DNA of 63,997 nucleotides, counting the filler, from Octopus bimaculoides (Eukaryota): the NCBI RefSeq assembly GCF_001194135.2. It is 5 parts of 4 records of this genome, joined end to end, with 100 filler letters (N's around TTAATTAATTAA, not from the genome) between each part and the next. Parts side by side here need not be neighbours in the genome. Positions count along the whole stretch, not along the records: positions 62,176 to 63,997 come from NC_069000.1; 4 more parts are not named here. One strand, 5' to 3'. Position 1 is the stretch's first letter. Each line of letters opens with the position of its first letter. This document shows, in pieces, positions 63,351-63,997 of this stretch. A program made the position numbers and the translations under genes. Below the pieces are notes generated by a model, which saw only the letters and a program-made list of their open reading frames with translations, was not told where the DNA came from and did no database searches.

Positions 63351-63844
63351 AGCAAACTAATTTAGCCAACTTTGTGAACTTTTTGTACTTACTACTATTT
63401 GCTAACGTAGTCCATCTCGAGTTTCCTCGGATTCCTCTGTTTTACCTAATCATAGCATTTGTGTATAGTTTATTTGTTGGCTACCTTTTTTTGTTGCCCT
63501 TCAAGAACTCTGTCTTCCTTTTTCATTCAATTATATTATATACACTCACTAAATTACACCTCATTTTATATCGAGAGCCCGTTATTATAAAATATATACG
63601 TGCCTTGTGATATCTGACTATCACCCTCTGCCTTCCATTTACTTCTCTTTCTCTCTGTATACTCTTCCCATAAGTTCCTTTAATTTAATGTCAATCATCT
63701 CGTTAAGTACCTCTATTTCATTTTAGTTTTTACACACGCTTCCTCTCCGTCGTTCTTTTCCTGACCTTTCACCGATAATGATATTTGATTCAATGAAAGA
63801 CCGTAAGAACGATCCGGATGAGATAAGAATATAGTACACTCTTC

Positions 63845-63997
63845 AGGCTGGGCTCTGTGTTGTGTTCTTGAGCAAGACATTTTTATTTTATATCGCATTG
63901 TTCCAGTTCACTCAGCTGTATAATAAGTTGCAACGCCATTGGCGCCAAGAGTGGATTTGGTAGATGGAAACTGAAAGAAACCTATCGTATATATATA
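63845..63997 (+). mobile_element. SINE with C-type head and B-type 3' end running into (TA)n
   Basis: TGTGTTCTTGAGCAAGACA...CCAGTTCACTCAGCTG, then GTGGATTTGGTAGATGGAAACTGAAAGAAACC-TATCG-TATATA. Confidence 0.7.

Overview
AT-rich, microsatellite-saturated animal genomic DNA with many N gaps. It is most likely from an octopus or other coleoid cephalopod; this is an inference from the SINE families and repeat landscape, not a database result. There are no prokaryotic features, rRNA, true tRNA genes or CRISPR arrays. Nearly all ORF-track entries are microsatellite, gap or repeat artefacts. One convincing host coding segment is present: a ~2.3-2.5 kb minus-strand exon (46883-44366, canonical AAG|GTAAGA donor) encoding a very acidic protein with about 20 copies of a 26-aa repeat and a 5-unit higher-order repeat. 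The rest is a layered transposon landscape: ~30 copies of a tRNA-derived SINE with (ATT)n tails, composite CORE-like SINEs carrying an internal microsatellite, six R4/Dong-like LINE fragments mostly tied to (TAA)n tracts, RTE, BovB-like, Tx1, Penelope and CR1-like LINE fragments, mariner, DD37D maT and a Tc1/rosa-like transposase relic, a self-nested piggyBac-like MITE, a Helentron-like HINE and several foldback elements. The most notable signal is a ~300-bp palindrome plus a third arm (49342-49790). Each arm carries a minimal type I hammerhead ribozyme motif with palindromic stem III, typical of Penelope-like pseudo-LTRs, and one copy keeps an intact catalytic core.
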